From NCBI GenBank assembly GCA_963772365.1, contig CAVYXA010000003.1, forward strand, positions 160,001 through 224,000: a stretch of 64,000 nucleotides of DNA. The letters run 5' to 3'. The notes beneath the pieces were generated by a model. The model was not told the DNA's origin. It searched no databases and worked only from the letters and a program-made list of their open reading frames with translations. Below, piece after piece: positions 50,664-62,200 of this stretch. Each line of letters opens with the position of its first letter. The first letter of the stretch is position 1. Source of the DNA: an uncultured Verrucomicrobiae bacterium. Lineage in GTDB: Bacteria; Verrucomicrobiota; Verrucomicrobiia; Chthoniobacterales; UBA10450. The position numbers were made by a program, and so were the translations under genes.

Positions 50664-51134
50664 CTACTCCTCCGCTTCCGGATCGGGCTTGAGCCCTTCG
50701 TCTTCCATCTTGCGAAGCACATCACTCATGTCATCGACTTCGTCCCAGACATCCTGGCTGACGTAGATGGGAGCTTTCTGCTGAATGGCCATGGCGATGC
50801 AATCGCTCGGACGTCCATCCAGCTCGACAATCTTTTTCTGCTGCAATTCGTTCTCCGCACGGATGATCATCCGCGCGTAGTAGGTGGCGTTTTTCAGATC
50901 ATTAATAATGATGCGTTCGACTCTCGCGCCGAGCGCAGTCATCAAATGCGCCACCAAATCATGCGTCAACGGCCGCTCCTTCGAAATCTCGCGCATGAAC
51001 ATCGTGATCGCGCTTCCCACTGTCTGATCGACATAAATGATGAACACTTTGTCATTGTTCCCCAAAAAGACCGCGCACCCTCCGCTCGTGGGCAAAACCG
51101 CGCGCACCTGGACCTCGATCACCGTTTTGTTCAC
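50664..51134 (-). CDS. Bifunctional nuclease family protein (DUF151)
   Basis: ERPLTHDL, YYARM and LDGRPSDCIAMA. Confidence 0.85.
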   Translation of the reverse strand: MNKTVIEVQVRAVLPTSGGCAVFLGNNDKVFIIYVDQTVGSAITMFMREISKERPLTHDLVAHLMTALGARVERIIINDLKNATYYARMIIRAENELQQKKIVELDGRPSDCIAMAIQQKAPIYVSQDVWDEVDDMSDVLRKMEDEGLKPDPEAEE

Positions 51135-51284
51135 AGACGAAAGTTATCCGCAGAGGAGCGAAAAACAAGGGAGCCAACTCCCGAGGAGTTGTGCTGCAAA
51201 AAATTTCTCTCGCGCAGACTTGAATGTTGGACAGGCTGAATGATTATCCGTTCTGCCCCGAAAAGCCTTCGGTTATCAAGCGAA

Positions 51285-53241
51285 ATGAAAAACGAGTGGG
51301 ACGTCGAGTCAGCTATCGCGACCTACAACATTGATCGCTGGGGAAGTGGTTATTTCACGATCAATGCGAATGGCAACGTAATCGCCAAGCCGCTCCAGCA
51401 GAATGGCGGCTCCATCGACATTCTCGAAGTAGTCAACGAAGCGCGCCGGCGAGGGCTCAGTTTTCCGTTGGTGATTCGTTTTCAGGATTTATTGCGGCAT
51501 CGTGTCGAATCTGTGAACCGGGCGTTTCAGGACGCCATCACCGAGTTTGGTTACCGCAACCAGTATCGCGGCGTCTTCCCGATCAAAGTGAATCAATTGC
51601 GCGAAGTGATCGAAGAAATTGTCGATGCTGGCCAGCAATTTCATTTCGGGCTCGAGGCTGGGAGTAAGCCGGAATTGGTCGCCGCCCTGGCGATGCACAA
51701 GGACCCGGAGAGTCTCATCATCTGCAACGGATATAAAGACGCGGCCTTCATTCGGGTGGCGTTGCTGGGGCGAAAACTTGGCAAATCGGTCGTGATCGTG
51801 GCCGAAAAGCTCGAAGAACTTGAGCAGACCATTCGCGCGGCAAAAGAGGTCGGGGTCGAACCGCATATCGGGATCCGGATTCGACTGTACAGCAAAGGCG
51901 CCGGCAAATGGTCACCCAGCGGTGGTGAGAACGCGAAGTTCGGCCTTGGCACGACGCATCTCGTCGCTGCCAGCCAGATGTTGAAGGACGCCGGGTTCGC
52001 TCATTGTCTCAAGCTGGTTCATTTTCACGTCGGGTCGCAGGTGCCCGACATTTCCACGATTAAACGCGCTGTGCGCGAAGCCGCACGTTATTACGCGAAA
52101 CTGGCGAAGCTCGGCCATCAACTTGGTTATCTCGATGTGGGCGGCGGACTCGGTGTGGATTATGACGGATCGCGCAGCGATTTCGACAGCTCAGCGAATT
52201 ACTCGCTTCAGGAATATGCCAACGATGTGATCTGGAACGTCATGGACGTTTGCGATTCTGAAGGCGTCCCGCATCCCGCGATCGTTAGCGAGGGCGGTCG
52301 CGCCATCGTAGCGCATCATTCCGTATTGGTGATGGAAGCCTTTGGCGCAATCGAGAAAACCGCGCCCAAACTAAAAGTTGAAGCCACGGAGAAAGATCAC
52401 AAACTCGTTCACGACATTCTCGACGTGAAACAGCGACTCAAGCGCGGCAACCGCATGGAGAGCTTGCACGACATCCAGCAGATCAAGGAAGAATCGCAGC
52501 AGACATTCGATCTCGGCCTGCTCGATCTCGAGTCAAAAGCCAAGATCGACACCGTCTATTGGCAGCTCGCTCATCAGATCGTCAATATGCATCGCGGTCT
52601 CCGTTACGTTCCGGAGGAAGTGAAGGACCTCGAAGTTACTTTGGCCGATCAATACATCTGCAATTTCTCCGTGTTTCAGTCGTTGCTCGATCACTGGGCA
52701 CTCGGCCAACTGTTTCCGATCATGCCAATTCATCGGCTAACAACTCCGCCCGATCGGCATGGGACGATCGTCGATATTACCTGCGACTCCGACGGCAAAG
52801 TGTCGAAATTCACCGATGTCCAGGACGTGCGGGAGACGCTTCCGCTGCATCGCATTACGCCGGGCGAGCTTTATTACCTCGGCGTGTTCATGGTGGGCGC
52901 TTATCAGGATATCATGGGCGATCTGCACAATTTGTTTGGCCGCGTCACCGAAGTGCACCTGTTTCTCGACCCAGACGAAGAATCGGGTTGGTACATCGAG
53001 GAAGTGATTGAAGGCAGCACAATCGGCGAAGTTCTGGCTATGACGCAATGGGACAAGGTTGAGCTGATGCGCCTCTTAAAATCGCAAGTCGACGTTGCCA
53101 TTAAGACCGATTTCCTGAAGCCGAGCGAAGCAATGAAACTTCTGACGGATTACGAACGGCTATCTGCAGGAATACACTTACCTTTCGCTTAACGGCACCA
53201 AGCCGGCACCACAACCCGGCAACTGGCTACCCTTGAGTTGA
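51285..53241 (+). CDS. speA: Biosynthetic arginine decarboxylase (one frameshift near 53160)
   Basis: FPIKVNQ, GLEAGSKPEL, HFHVGSQ, DVGGGLGVDYDG, DITCDSDG; C-terminal EYTYLS lies in the shifted frame. Confidence 0.92.
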
Positions 53242-53286
53242 AGTTTCTGACGTTGGCATAGACCGGCCTGCGACGCGAAAATCGCC

Positions 53287-54709
53287 ATGCTTTTCAATTC
53301 GCTCACCTTCGTCGTCTTCTTTGTTGTTGTTGTCTCACTTTACTGGAGCATCCGCAGTTGGCGGGCGCGCAAGAATTTGCTCGTCGTTGCCAGCTATATT
53401 TTCTACGGCGCATGGAACCCGCCGTTCGCTGCATTGCTTTTTTCTACAACGGCCATGGATTTCTGGCTCGGCCGCCAAATTGCCAAAGCGCAAGATCGAC
53501 ATGCGAAGAAACGATGGCTGGTCGCGAGCGTTTGCATGAATCTGAGCATGCTCGGTTTTTTTAAATACGGAAATTTCCTGCTCCAGAATTTCCAATGGTT
53601 GCTGGCAAGGATCGGAGTCATTTATCAGCCGCCGCACCTCGACATTCTGCTCCCCGTCGGCATTTCGTTTTATACGTTTCATTCACTTTCTTATACGCTC
53701 GACATTTATCGAGGCGTCTTACAACCAACGCGGTCGCTGCGAGATTTCGTGCTGGCCGTCTCGTTTTTTCCACAGCTTGTGGCCGGACCGATCTGTACGG
53801 GCGGGAGATTTTCTGCCGCAACTCGCTCATCCGCCGCGTTTGAAGACAAACCAATTTCTTTGGGGATTGGCGCTGATGACTCTGGGACTGTTCGAGAAGA
53901 TCGTGCTTGCCGACACCTTGCTCTCCGGTTCGGCCGATCGCGTCTTCGGTTATCCCGGACCGTTGGTAGCGCTCGATTCCTGGGCCGGTGTCCTCGCCTT
54001 CGCCGGGCAAATCTTTTTCGATTTCGCCGGTTACTCCATTTGTGCCATTGGCGCCGCATTGACGCTTGGCTTTCATCTCAAGGACAATTTTCGTTTTCCT
54101 GTACGCCGCGATTGGTTTCTCGGACTTCTGGCGGCGCTGGCACATCTCGCTCTCCACATTTTTGCGGGATTACCTTTATATTCCGTTAGGCGGAAATCAG
54201 GTCCGCCCGTTTCGCGCTGCCTTGAATCTTGTCATTGTCATGTTTCTTGGCGGGCTTTGGCACGGCGCGGCCTGGACGTTTGTCGTCTGGGGACTGTTGC
54301 ACGGCTCTTACCTGGTGATCGAACGCATCTGCCGGGTGTTGTTTGAAAACAAGTCCTGGGCCGGAGCCCCCCGGTGCGAATGCTCACCGGCTTCGCCACT
54401 TACGGCGCGGTTTGCATCGCGTGGGTTTTCTTTCGAGCGTCCGATTTCTCGATTGCAGACCGAATGTTAGGCGGAATGTTTGGCGGCCATTCGCATGGCG
54501 ATGCGATTCTGAGCACGCGCGAACTTCTCCAGATCGGCATCATCACCGCCGGAGTGATCGCGATGCATTGGGCAATGCGAGAGGATTCATTCGAGACTGC
54601 CGTGATGCGTCTACCGCATTGGGTTGTCGCCGCCATTGGTGCATTCATGGCCTGCGCCATCATTCTGACTCAGGGAAACAGCAATGCCTTCATCTATTTC
54701 CAATTTTAA
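53287..54709 (+). CDS. MBOAT family O-acyltransferase (AlgI/DltB-like), frameshifted
   Basis: [43 protein letters not shown] and FIYFQF spread over several frames. Confidence 0.85.
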
Positions 54710-55844
54710 ACGGCGACTTCGGCTGCCCACATTGTTCTTTCGCAAACCGCCGCGCGAAGAGCAAATCCATGGAGGCCCGCCCCTCGAATTCGAGCGCCCG
54801 ATTCCACCTGCGCCCTGGCGGGGAATTGCTGTAGCCATTACCGTCGTAGTCATCGCTGTGACCGCGGCTTGGGAATTGTATGCTCGCTCCCTCGGCTATC
54901 GTCCGACGCTCAATGACAACGAAGATTTGTGGACCATGGTACGTCGAAAAGTCCAGCCGGAATCACTCGTCATTATCGGTGATTCGCGCGCATGGTTTGA
55001 TGTCGATCTTGACGAAATCGAGCGCGGCCTCGGTAAACGTCCCCTGCAGCTGGCTCTTGCGGGTTCGACCACCTATCCAGTTCTGGCCGATCTCGCCGCC
55101 GATAAGAATTTTCATGGCACGATCATTTGCAGCGTCGTGCCGGCTTTGTTTTTTGCTCCGCCAGACACTCCCCCAATGGCGCGGCCGGAGAAAACGGTGA
55201 GACGATTCCATAACCAAACTCCTGCCCAACGCGCGAGCGAATACCTGGCAATTCCGTTGGAAGAACATCTCGCCTTTTTGAAACCGGACGATCTAAGTCT
55301 CGAGGCGCTGCTCAATCAGCTGCCCATTCCAAATCGGCCCTGGGCGCTCGTGCCGCCGCGTTTCCCTCCTTATTTTCAAACACAGGACCGCGAGCGGCGC
55401 GCTCGCATGTGGGAAAAATGCTCCGAACCGGGGAGCAATCTCGCGAAAGAGATACAACAAATTTGGATTCCTCTTTTCACGCCACCACCACCGCCGAGTT
55501 ACATCCCGAAGGACATTTTTTTCGCGGCAATGAAGAAAGGAATTGAAAAACGTTTCGCCGACGTCACCGCCGCTGTGGAAAAGATTCGCGCCCGTGGCGG
55601 CAAGATCGTGTTCGTGCGTTTTCCGCACAGCGGCGGATTGAAGGAACTCGAAGACAAAATCACACCGCGCCAACAAACTTGGGATCTGTTACTGGAAAGA
55701 ACGCACGTGACTGGGATTTACTATTCCGATTTTCCCGAGCTTTCTGGATTCAATTGTCCGGAATGGTCGCATTTGTCGGCAGGCGATTCGGTAGAATTCA
55801 CCCGGCGACTTATTCCACATCTTCGCGAGGCGCTGAAGATGTAG
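54684..55844 (+). CDS. Membrane-anchored SGNH-like partner of the MBOAT (AlgJ/DltD-like)
   Basis: Overlaps the MBOAT 3' end; TM helix; IIGDSR Ser motif; C-terminal EWSHL. Confidence 0.6.
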   Translation: MPSSISNFKRRLRLPTLFFRKPPREEQIHGGPPLEFERPIPPAPWRGIAVAITVVVIAVTAAWELYARSLGYRPTLNDNEDLWTMVRRKVQPESLVIIGDSRAWFDVDLDEIERGLGKRPLQLALAGSTTYPVLADLAADKNFHGTIICSVVPALFFAPPDTPPMARPEKTVRRFHNQTPAQRASEYLAIPLEEHLAFLKPDDLSLEALLNQLPIPNRPWALVPPRFPPYFQTQDRERRARMWEKCSEPGSNLAKEIQQIWIPLFTPPPPPSYIPKDIFFAAMKKGIEKRFADVTAAVEKIRARGGKIVFVRFPHSGGLKELEDKITPRQQTWDLLLERTHVTGIYYSDFPELSGFNCPEWSHLSAGDSVEFTRRLIPHLREALKM

Positions 55845-55922
55845 ATGTCGATGCGACGAAGCATTTGGGTCGGCGCCGATTTTCGGTCGCCCTCTCGCGG
55901 AGACGGCTTACAATTTGATTTA

Positions 55923-57314
55923 ATGGCGCAGCTTTCATCAATCTCAGTTAAAGAAGCATTCCAACGCGCTGCGCCGATCGACGCTGTCTGCGTACGGGGT
56001 TGGGTGCGAACCCGCCGCGACTCGAAGGATTTTTCGTTTATCGAGCTGAACGACGGTTCGTCCCTGCGCAGCCTTCAGGTCATCGCACGAAACTCACTGC
56101 CGAATTATTCGGACGTTCAGCGGTTAACAACGGGTTCATCGATCATAGTGACCGGAGCGCTCGTGGAATCACAAGGCAAAGGCCAAAAATGGGAAGTGAT
56201 GGCGGATACGATAGAGATCGTCGGCACTGCGGATGATTCCTATCCGCTCCAGAAAAAAGGGCACACGCCGGAATTTTTGCGCGAAATTGCACACCTGCGG
56301 CCGCGCTCGAATCTGTTCGGCTCGGTCTTTCGTGTGCGGAGTCGGCTGGCTTTTGCCATTCACAAATTCTTTCAGGAACGCGGCTTCGTTTACGTTCACA
56401 CGCCTATCATCACTGGCAGCGATTGCGAAGGCGCCGGCGAGCTGTTTCGGGTAACGACTCTCGATGCAAACAATCCACCCAGAAACGATTCCCAGATCGA
56501 TTACGCGAAAGATTTTTTTGCGCGTCAGACTTATCTGACAGTAAGCGGCCAGCTCGAAGCCGAAGCCTTCGCCTGTGCATTGTCGAAGGTGTACACGTTC
56601 GGGCCAACGTTTCGTGCGGAAAACTCAAACACATCGAGGCACGCCAGCGAGTTCTGGATGATCGAGCCGGAAATGGCCTTTTGCGATTTGAACTGCGACA
56701 TGGATCTGGCCGAGGAAATTGTGAAATACCTGGTCCGCGACATTCGAGAAAGTTGTCCTGACGAGATGGAGCTCTTCGCGAAGTTTGTGGACAAGGAATT
56801 GATGACCCGTCTCGATTTCGTGCTGGAACGGCCATTCCAGCGCGTAAGTTATACCGACGCTGTCGATCTTCTGAAAAGGAGCGGCGAGAAATTCGAGTTC
56901 CCGATCGAGTACGGAGTCAACCTACAATCTGAGCATGAGCGTTGGCTGACCGAAAAACATTTCAAATGCCCGGTGACAGTTTTCAATTATCCGAAGGAAA
57001 TCAAACCGTTCTATATGCGGCTGAACGATGACGGCAAAACGGTGACGGCGATGGACCTGCTCGTGCCCGGGATTGGCGAAATCGTCGGAGGCAGCCAGCG
57101 CGAAGAACGTCTCGATGTGCTGGAGCAAAATATACGCAGGCACAAAATGGATCCGGCCGACTACAAATGGTATCTCGATCTGCGCCGTTATGGAACAGTG
57201 CCACACGCCGGGTTCGGCCTCGGTTTTGAGCGAATGCTGATGTTTGTTACCGGCGTATCAAACATTCGCGACGTCATTCCATTCGTCCGCACACCCGGCA
57301 GCGCCGAGTTCTAA
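55923..57314 (+). CDS. asnS: Asparagine--tRNA ligase
   Basis: [49 protein letters not shown]. Confidence 0.95.
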   Translation: MAQLSSISVKEAFQRAAPIDAVCVRGWVRTRRDSKDFSFIELNDGSSLRSLQVIARNSLPNYSDVQRLTTGSSIIVTGALVESQGKGQKWEVMADTIEIVGTADDSYPLQKKGHTPEFLREIAHLRPRSNLFGSVFRVRSRLAFAIHKFFQERGFVYVHTPIITGSDCEGAGELFRVTTLDANNPPRNDSQIDYAKDFFARQTYLTVSGQLEAEAFACALSKVYTFGPTFRAENSNTSRHASEFWMIEPEMAFCDLNCDMDLAEEIVKYLVRDIRESCPDEMELFAKFVDKELMTRLDFVLERPFQRVSYTDAVDLLKRSGEKFEFPIEYGVNLQSEHERWLTEKHFKCPVTVFNYPKEIKPFYMRLNDDGKTVTAMDLLVPGIGEIVGGSQREERLDVLEQNIRRHKMDPADYKWYLDLRRYGTVPHAGFGLGFERMLMFVTGVSNIRDVIPFVRTPGSAEF

Positions 57315-58663
57315 TCGCTTTGCCGCGCCGCTTCGGCGAATGCGAGGTCGCCGGATTTCAGATCGAGTTCGGTTTCTTGTTTCGTGCCGAAGACGCGTGC
57401 GCGTCGGTCGTCGAATTCACCTTCCCAGCGCGCGACTACGACCGTGGCGAGGCAATTGCCAATGACATTTACGCAGGTGCGACCCATATCCATCAGCTCG
57501 TCCACGCCGAAAATTATCGCCACGCCGATCGGTCCGAGGCCCGACGGAACAAACGAATTCAAAGCGCCAAGCAGGATCACGAGCGACGCGCGTGGAACAC
57601 CGGCAACGCCTTTAGAAGTCAGCATCAACGTTAGCATCATCGTGATTTGCTGTCCGATTCCCATGTGCCAGCCGATAGTGGTCTCCGCTGCCTGGGCCAC
57701 GAACACGGACGCCATCGCCAAGTACAATGTCGATCCTGTGAGATTAAAGGAGTAACCAGTCGGCATCACGAAACCGACAATCGATGGCGGCACACCAAAG
57801 CGTTCCATTGATTCCATCGCTTTCGGTAACGCCGATTCGCTACTCGTTGTCGCAAACGCCAGCGCAGCGGGTTCGCGGACGGCTCGAAAAAATTGGCGCA
57901 ATGGAACGCGCGCAATCCAGATTACGATGCCAAAAACTATCACCAGAAAAATGATCAGTGCGACATAAAGCGAAGCGATCAGTTTGCCGAGGTTGAGAAG
58001 GACGCCCGGTCCCTGTGTGCCAATCGTGTGCGCCATCGCCGCACCCACGCCGATCGGCGCGAACATCATAACATAATTCGTAAACTTGAACATGATCTGG
58101 GCGAGGCTGTCCATCGCGCGGAGGATCGGTTTTCCTTTTTCGCCGACGGCTGAAACTGCGAGGGCAAACAAAACACTGAACGCAACGATTTGTAGAACGT
58201 CGCCGCGCACCATGGCGTCGATCACGCTCGAGGGAAACACGTGCACGATCATCTCGGTGAAGCTCTGGGGATGGGTTTGCCCGATCGTTTTGACGATGTC
58301 GATGTTGCCGGCGGCCAGGGTGACGCCTGTTCCCGGTTTCGTGAAATTTACAATCGCCAATCCGATGAAAAGGGCGGCGGTCGTGACAATCTCAAAGAAC
58401 ACGAGCGCTTTGATTCCAATCCGGCCGACTTTTTTCAGCGCGCCCGCGCCCGCGATTCCGACGATAATTGTTGAGAAAACCAGCGGTGCGATGATCGCCT
58501 TGATGAGATTAATGAAAATATCGCGCAGGAAATAGACTTTGTTTCCCCAGTCCGGCCGCAGCCATCCGATGAGCGCGCCAACGATCAGCCCGATCATGAT
58601 CTGCATCGTGAGCGACGGGCGATACCATGGCCGCCGGACCTGATCGACAGACTTCGAGCTCAT
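57311..58663 (-). CDS. Dicarboxylate/amino acid:cation symporter (GltP/DctA family)
   Basis: AFATTSSESALP, PTGYSFNLTGS, SKGVAGVPRAS, DMGRTCVNVIGN. Confidence 0.9.
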   Translation of the reverse strand: MSSKSVDQVRRPWYRPSLTMQIMIGLIVGALIGWLRPDWGNKVYFLRDIFINLIKAIIAPLVFSTIIVGIAGAGALKKVGRIGIKALVFFEIVTTAALFIGLAIVNFTKPGTGVTLAAGNIDIVKTIGQTHPQSFTEMIVHVFPSSVIDAMVRGDVLQIVAFSVLFALAVSAVGEKGKPILRAMDSLAQIMFKFTNYVMMFAPIGVGAAMAHTIGTQGPGVLLNLGKLIASLYVALIIFLVIVFGIVIWIARVPLRQFFRAVREPAALAFATTSSESALPKAMESMERFGVPPSIVGFVMPTGYSFNLTGSTLYLAMASVFVAQAAETTIGWHMGIGQQITMMLTLMLTSKGVAGVPRASLVILLGALNSFVPSGLGPIGVAIIFGVDELMDMGRTCVNVIGNCLATVVVARWEGEFDDRRARVFGTKQETELDLKSGDLAFAEAARQSD

Positions 58664-58691
58664 TGTTATCCGCAGATGTCGCAGATTTTCT

Positions 58692-58927
58692 CAGATTAAG
58701 GAACAGCAAATCTGTGTAAATCTGGGTAATCTTCGGCTGAAAGTTCCGGCCATGTTTTTGAGTCATCTTGAATGCACCTCCTGCGGATTGGGCCATGAAT
58801 GGGCACATCTGCAAAACGCGTGCACGGCCTGCGGCAAACCGCTCTTCGCGATTTACGACCTGAAAGCGGTTCGCAAGCTCGACGGCCTAAAGCCGTCGAG
58901 TTTCAAAGAGCACGAAAAAGGATTGTG
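58692..58927 (+). repeat. 236-bp direct repeat, copy A (copy B at 61965-62200)
   Basis: 11 substitutions and no indels counted by eye; covers the upstream repeat element and the first 58 codons of threonine synthase. Confidence 0.92.
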
Positions 58928-58928
58928 A
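58752..58928 (+). pseudogene. Truncated 5' copy of threonine synthase (58 aa)
   Basis: [11 protein letters not shown]...CTACGKPL...EKGL*; the stop codon forms at the junction. Confidence 0.85.
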
Positions 58929-59080
58929 GCGGCCATACATTACTCCCACTTCGCCATTGATCTCGCCAGGTTCCGGTTCGCGAATAATCGATTGCGAGTT
59001 GGGTGGTCTTTTCTGGGCGTCTGGCAGCCCGAAACCAGAAAAATCGGGATCGCGAGAATAACCAGTCTCGCTAGAACCAT
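58929..59080 (-). CDS. Small putative lipoprotein, frameshifted, abutting the duplication junction
   Basis: MVLARLVILAIPIFLVSGC lipobox; SIIREPEPGEINGEVGVMYGRS in the shifted frame. Confidence 0.4.
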
Positions 59081-59244
59081 AGTTCAGTCCTTCAGCGCGA
59101 ATTTCGGACGCAGCCTCCCCGCAAAATGGCATCGGTCACTCAGACTCGCTGCAAAATTGCAGAGCCTAGCAAAGAAAAGATCGACAATTTGAAAGCATTC
59201 ACGTAAAACGCGCGGAAACGAAAAGAACTCGACAAAGAGAGGGT

Positions 59245-61928
59245 TTGATGGCCTGGCAGAACGGCGGTCTCGCAATCGCAGTCGTTGCTATTCTTGCGGT
59301 CGGGGCGGCGAACTGGCCCGACCACGCGGGCGGAAAAGACACGTCAATTACTCCCGTCGTCCCGACTTCGTCACAAGTTACTTTGGATTATCCGAGCACG
59401 ATTTCCACCGTCAGCGGGCCGGATTACGGCAGCGGGCGGCCGCTGGGAGACGGCGGCGGTGCCGTCGCTTTTCAGGCCGACGATCGTTTAGACCAGATTT
59501 TTCTCAACACCGGCTTGTGCACCGCCGACAGTTCGGAGTGGGTTTTTCAAATGAGCAATTTCACGACTGGAAGCGGCTACACCAACAACTTCGATGTTTA
59601 CATCAATGGCATGAAGGTGGGCAGTTACTCATTCGCTCCGGGCGACGGCAATCCTGTTAACTTCGATCTAATTTTCACGCATCCGGGATTGGCGGTCGGG
59701 AGTGCCAGGCTCAGCATCGTTGCGACTTCAACCGTGCCGGGAGGTGATGGCGCGTGGAACTGGATCGCGGGTGGGACCGTTACGCTGTCCGGCACCGCGG
59801 GTCCATGCTGTGTTCGTGCGCCGGCCGGGATGATCGCGTGGTGGAAAGGCGAAGGCGATGCCAAGGACAGTCAGGAGGATCACAACGGAACGAACAACGG
59901 CGCCACCTTTACTTCAGGCGAAGTCGGACAGGCGTTCACCTTCGATGGAACTGATGACAATGTTTCAATTCCGGATAGCGCCGATTGGAACTTCGGCACC
60001 GGCGATTTCACTTTCGATTTCTGGGAGAAAAGCAGCGTGAGCGCCGAAAATCGAGAGTATGCGCTCTCTTTCGACCCGGTCCCAGACACCACTAATCTCG
60101 AGTTCAATTTCAACGACGCGGATGTGGGCTTGTGGGTTTACTGGAACGGCGGCGGCCCCATCGGAACTAATGCTATTCAAGTAGGGACAGGCGGCCAATA
60201 TACCGATGATCAATGGCATCACATTGCTTTAACCCGAAGCGGATCGACCCTTACCCTTTACATAGACGGCCTGGCTGTCGGCACCGCGGACTATTCCGAT
60301 CCCATCGATCTATCTGGCGGCAATAATAATTATTTGGGCAAGTACGCCGGAAATGACTTTTTCTGGAATGGCCAGATCGACGAAGTCGAAGTATTTAAGC
60401 ACGCGCTGAGCGCCGACGAAGTCGCCAGTATCTATTCAGCCTCGAGCGCTGGGAAATGTCCGTGCACACCGGCGCCCGATGGAATGATAAGCTGGTGGCG
60501 CGCCGATGGGGATGGTGTGGATACTCAAGATGGCAACCATCTTTCTTTCACCAATGGTGAGGCCTACGGTTCCGGTGAAGTCGGACAAGCTTTCAGCTTT
60601 AACGGAAGTAACTCGGCCAGCGCAGGCAATCCTTCAAATTTGGACATAACCGGTGATCAGGTGACGATCGATGGCTGGATAAATCCTAGCTCCGAGCTCA
60701 GGTACCGAGTCTTGGTTTTTTGGCAAAGACGCGGACGGCGGCAACCTCCAGTACGCTTTGCAATGGGAAGCAGGCAACCTCGTTGGCCGGATCAATAACA
60801 CAACAATACAGGCTTCCTTCACGCCGCCGACTGGAACCTGGACACACATTGCTCTCACGTATAATGGCTCGGCCAATCCATCGACAATTTTTGTACGTTA
60901 ACGGCACCGTTCTGACTACGTCGGCTGTCCCGACCGGAAACATCACTAGCACCACGGCGCCCTTCGTGATCGGCGCCTTCGGAGACGGCGCCCGTAATTT
61001 TGCTGGCCTGATTGATGAGGTCGAAGTGTTTGTCCGCGAATTAAGCGCAGCCGAGATCGCCGCGATCTACAACGTCGGCGGCGCTGGTAAGTGCAAACCG
61101 CAACCAACGCCCACGCCGACCCCCACACCTACGCCGACTCCGAGTCCAACGCCCACTCCGACCCCAACCCCCACTCCCACGCCTGCTTCCACCGATTTCA
61201 ACCGTGACGGCAAACCCGATTATGTCCTTTACAATGCCAGCACCCGGCAGAGTGCGATCTGGTATTTGAACAACAACATTTATCTCAGCGGCGCATTCGG
61301 ACCAACGCTTCCCATGGGCTGGATGATTGTCGATGTGGCGGATTTCAACCGCGATGGCAAACCCGATTACGCCCTTTACAATGCCAGCACGCGCCAAACA
61401 GCGATCTGGTATCTAAACAACAATGTCTTTGTCAGCGGCGTATTCGGACCAACTCTGCCCTCCGGCTGGGCCTTGGCGGCAGTAGGCGATTTCAACGGCG
61501 ACGGCAAACCCGATTATGCGCTTTACAAGGCCAGCACCCGGCAGACCGCAATCTGGTATTTGAACAACAAGGTCTATGTCAGCGGCGCCTACGGACCGAC
61601 TCTGCCCGTGAACTGGCGCCTGGTGGGCACATCGGATTTCGACCGCGACGGCAAACTTGATTACCTGCTCTTCAATAGCAGCACCCAACAATCAGCGATC
61701 TGGTATTTGAACAACAACGTTTATCTCAGCGGCGCATACGGACCAACCATTGCCGCCGGTTACACTTTGACTGGCACCGCCGATTTCAATCGGGATAGCA
61801 AGCCCGATTTCGTGCTCTTCAAATCGACGACGCGTCAAACCGCCATTTGGTATCTGAACAACAATCTCTTTGTAAGCTCGCTTTACGGGCCAACCTTGCC
61901 AGCAGGTTGGATTCTGGCAGCCCCGTAA
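59245..61928 (+). CDS. Secreted protein: N-terminal beta domain, two LamG domains, (PT)n linker and FG-GAP-like repeat domain (frameshifts near 60695 and 60890)
   Basis: C..AP.GMI.WW...GEVGQAF.F...WHHIALT...IDEVEVF...AGKC twice; PTPTPT; five DF[ND].D[GS]K.D[YF].L...Q[ST]AIWYLNN repeats. Confidence 0.82.
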
Positions 61929-61964
61929 CTGCTATTCGTCAGCGAGAAACATCCGCTGATTTCG

Positions 61965-62200
61965 CAGATTAAGGAACAGCAAATCTGTGTAAATCTGGGT
62001 AATCTGCGGCTGAAAGTCCCGTCCATGTTTTTGAGTCATCTTGAATGCACCTCCTGCGGACTGGGCCATGAATGGGCGCGTCTGCAGAATGTGTGCACGG
62101 CCTGCGGCAAACCGCTCTTCGCGATTTATGACCTGAAAGCGGTTCGCAAGCTCGACGGCTTAAAGCCGTCGAGTTTCAAAGAGCACGAAAAAGGATTGTG
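61965..62200 (+). repeat. 236-bp direct repeat, copy B
   Basis: Offset 3273 from copy A; supplies the 5' end of the intact threonine synthase gene. Confidence 0.92.

Noticed and set aside
57320..57345. Another in-frame palindromic element at the symporter C-terminus (AFAEAARQ)
   Set aside because: The similarity to the repeat is short and can be explained by ordinary coding sequence.
58692..62200. Prophage or IS-based composite element
   Set aside because: No integrase, transposase or phage genes lie between the repeats; kept only as a recombinase-free duplication finding.
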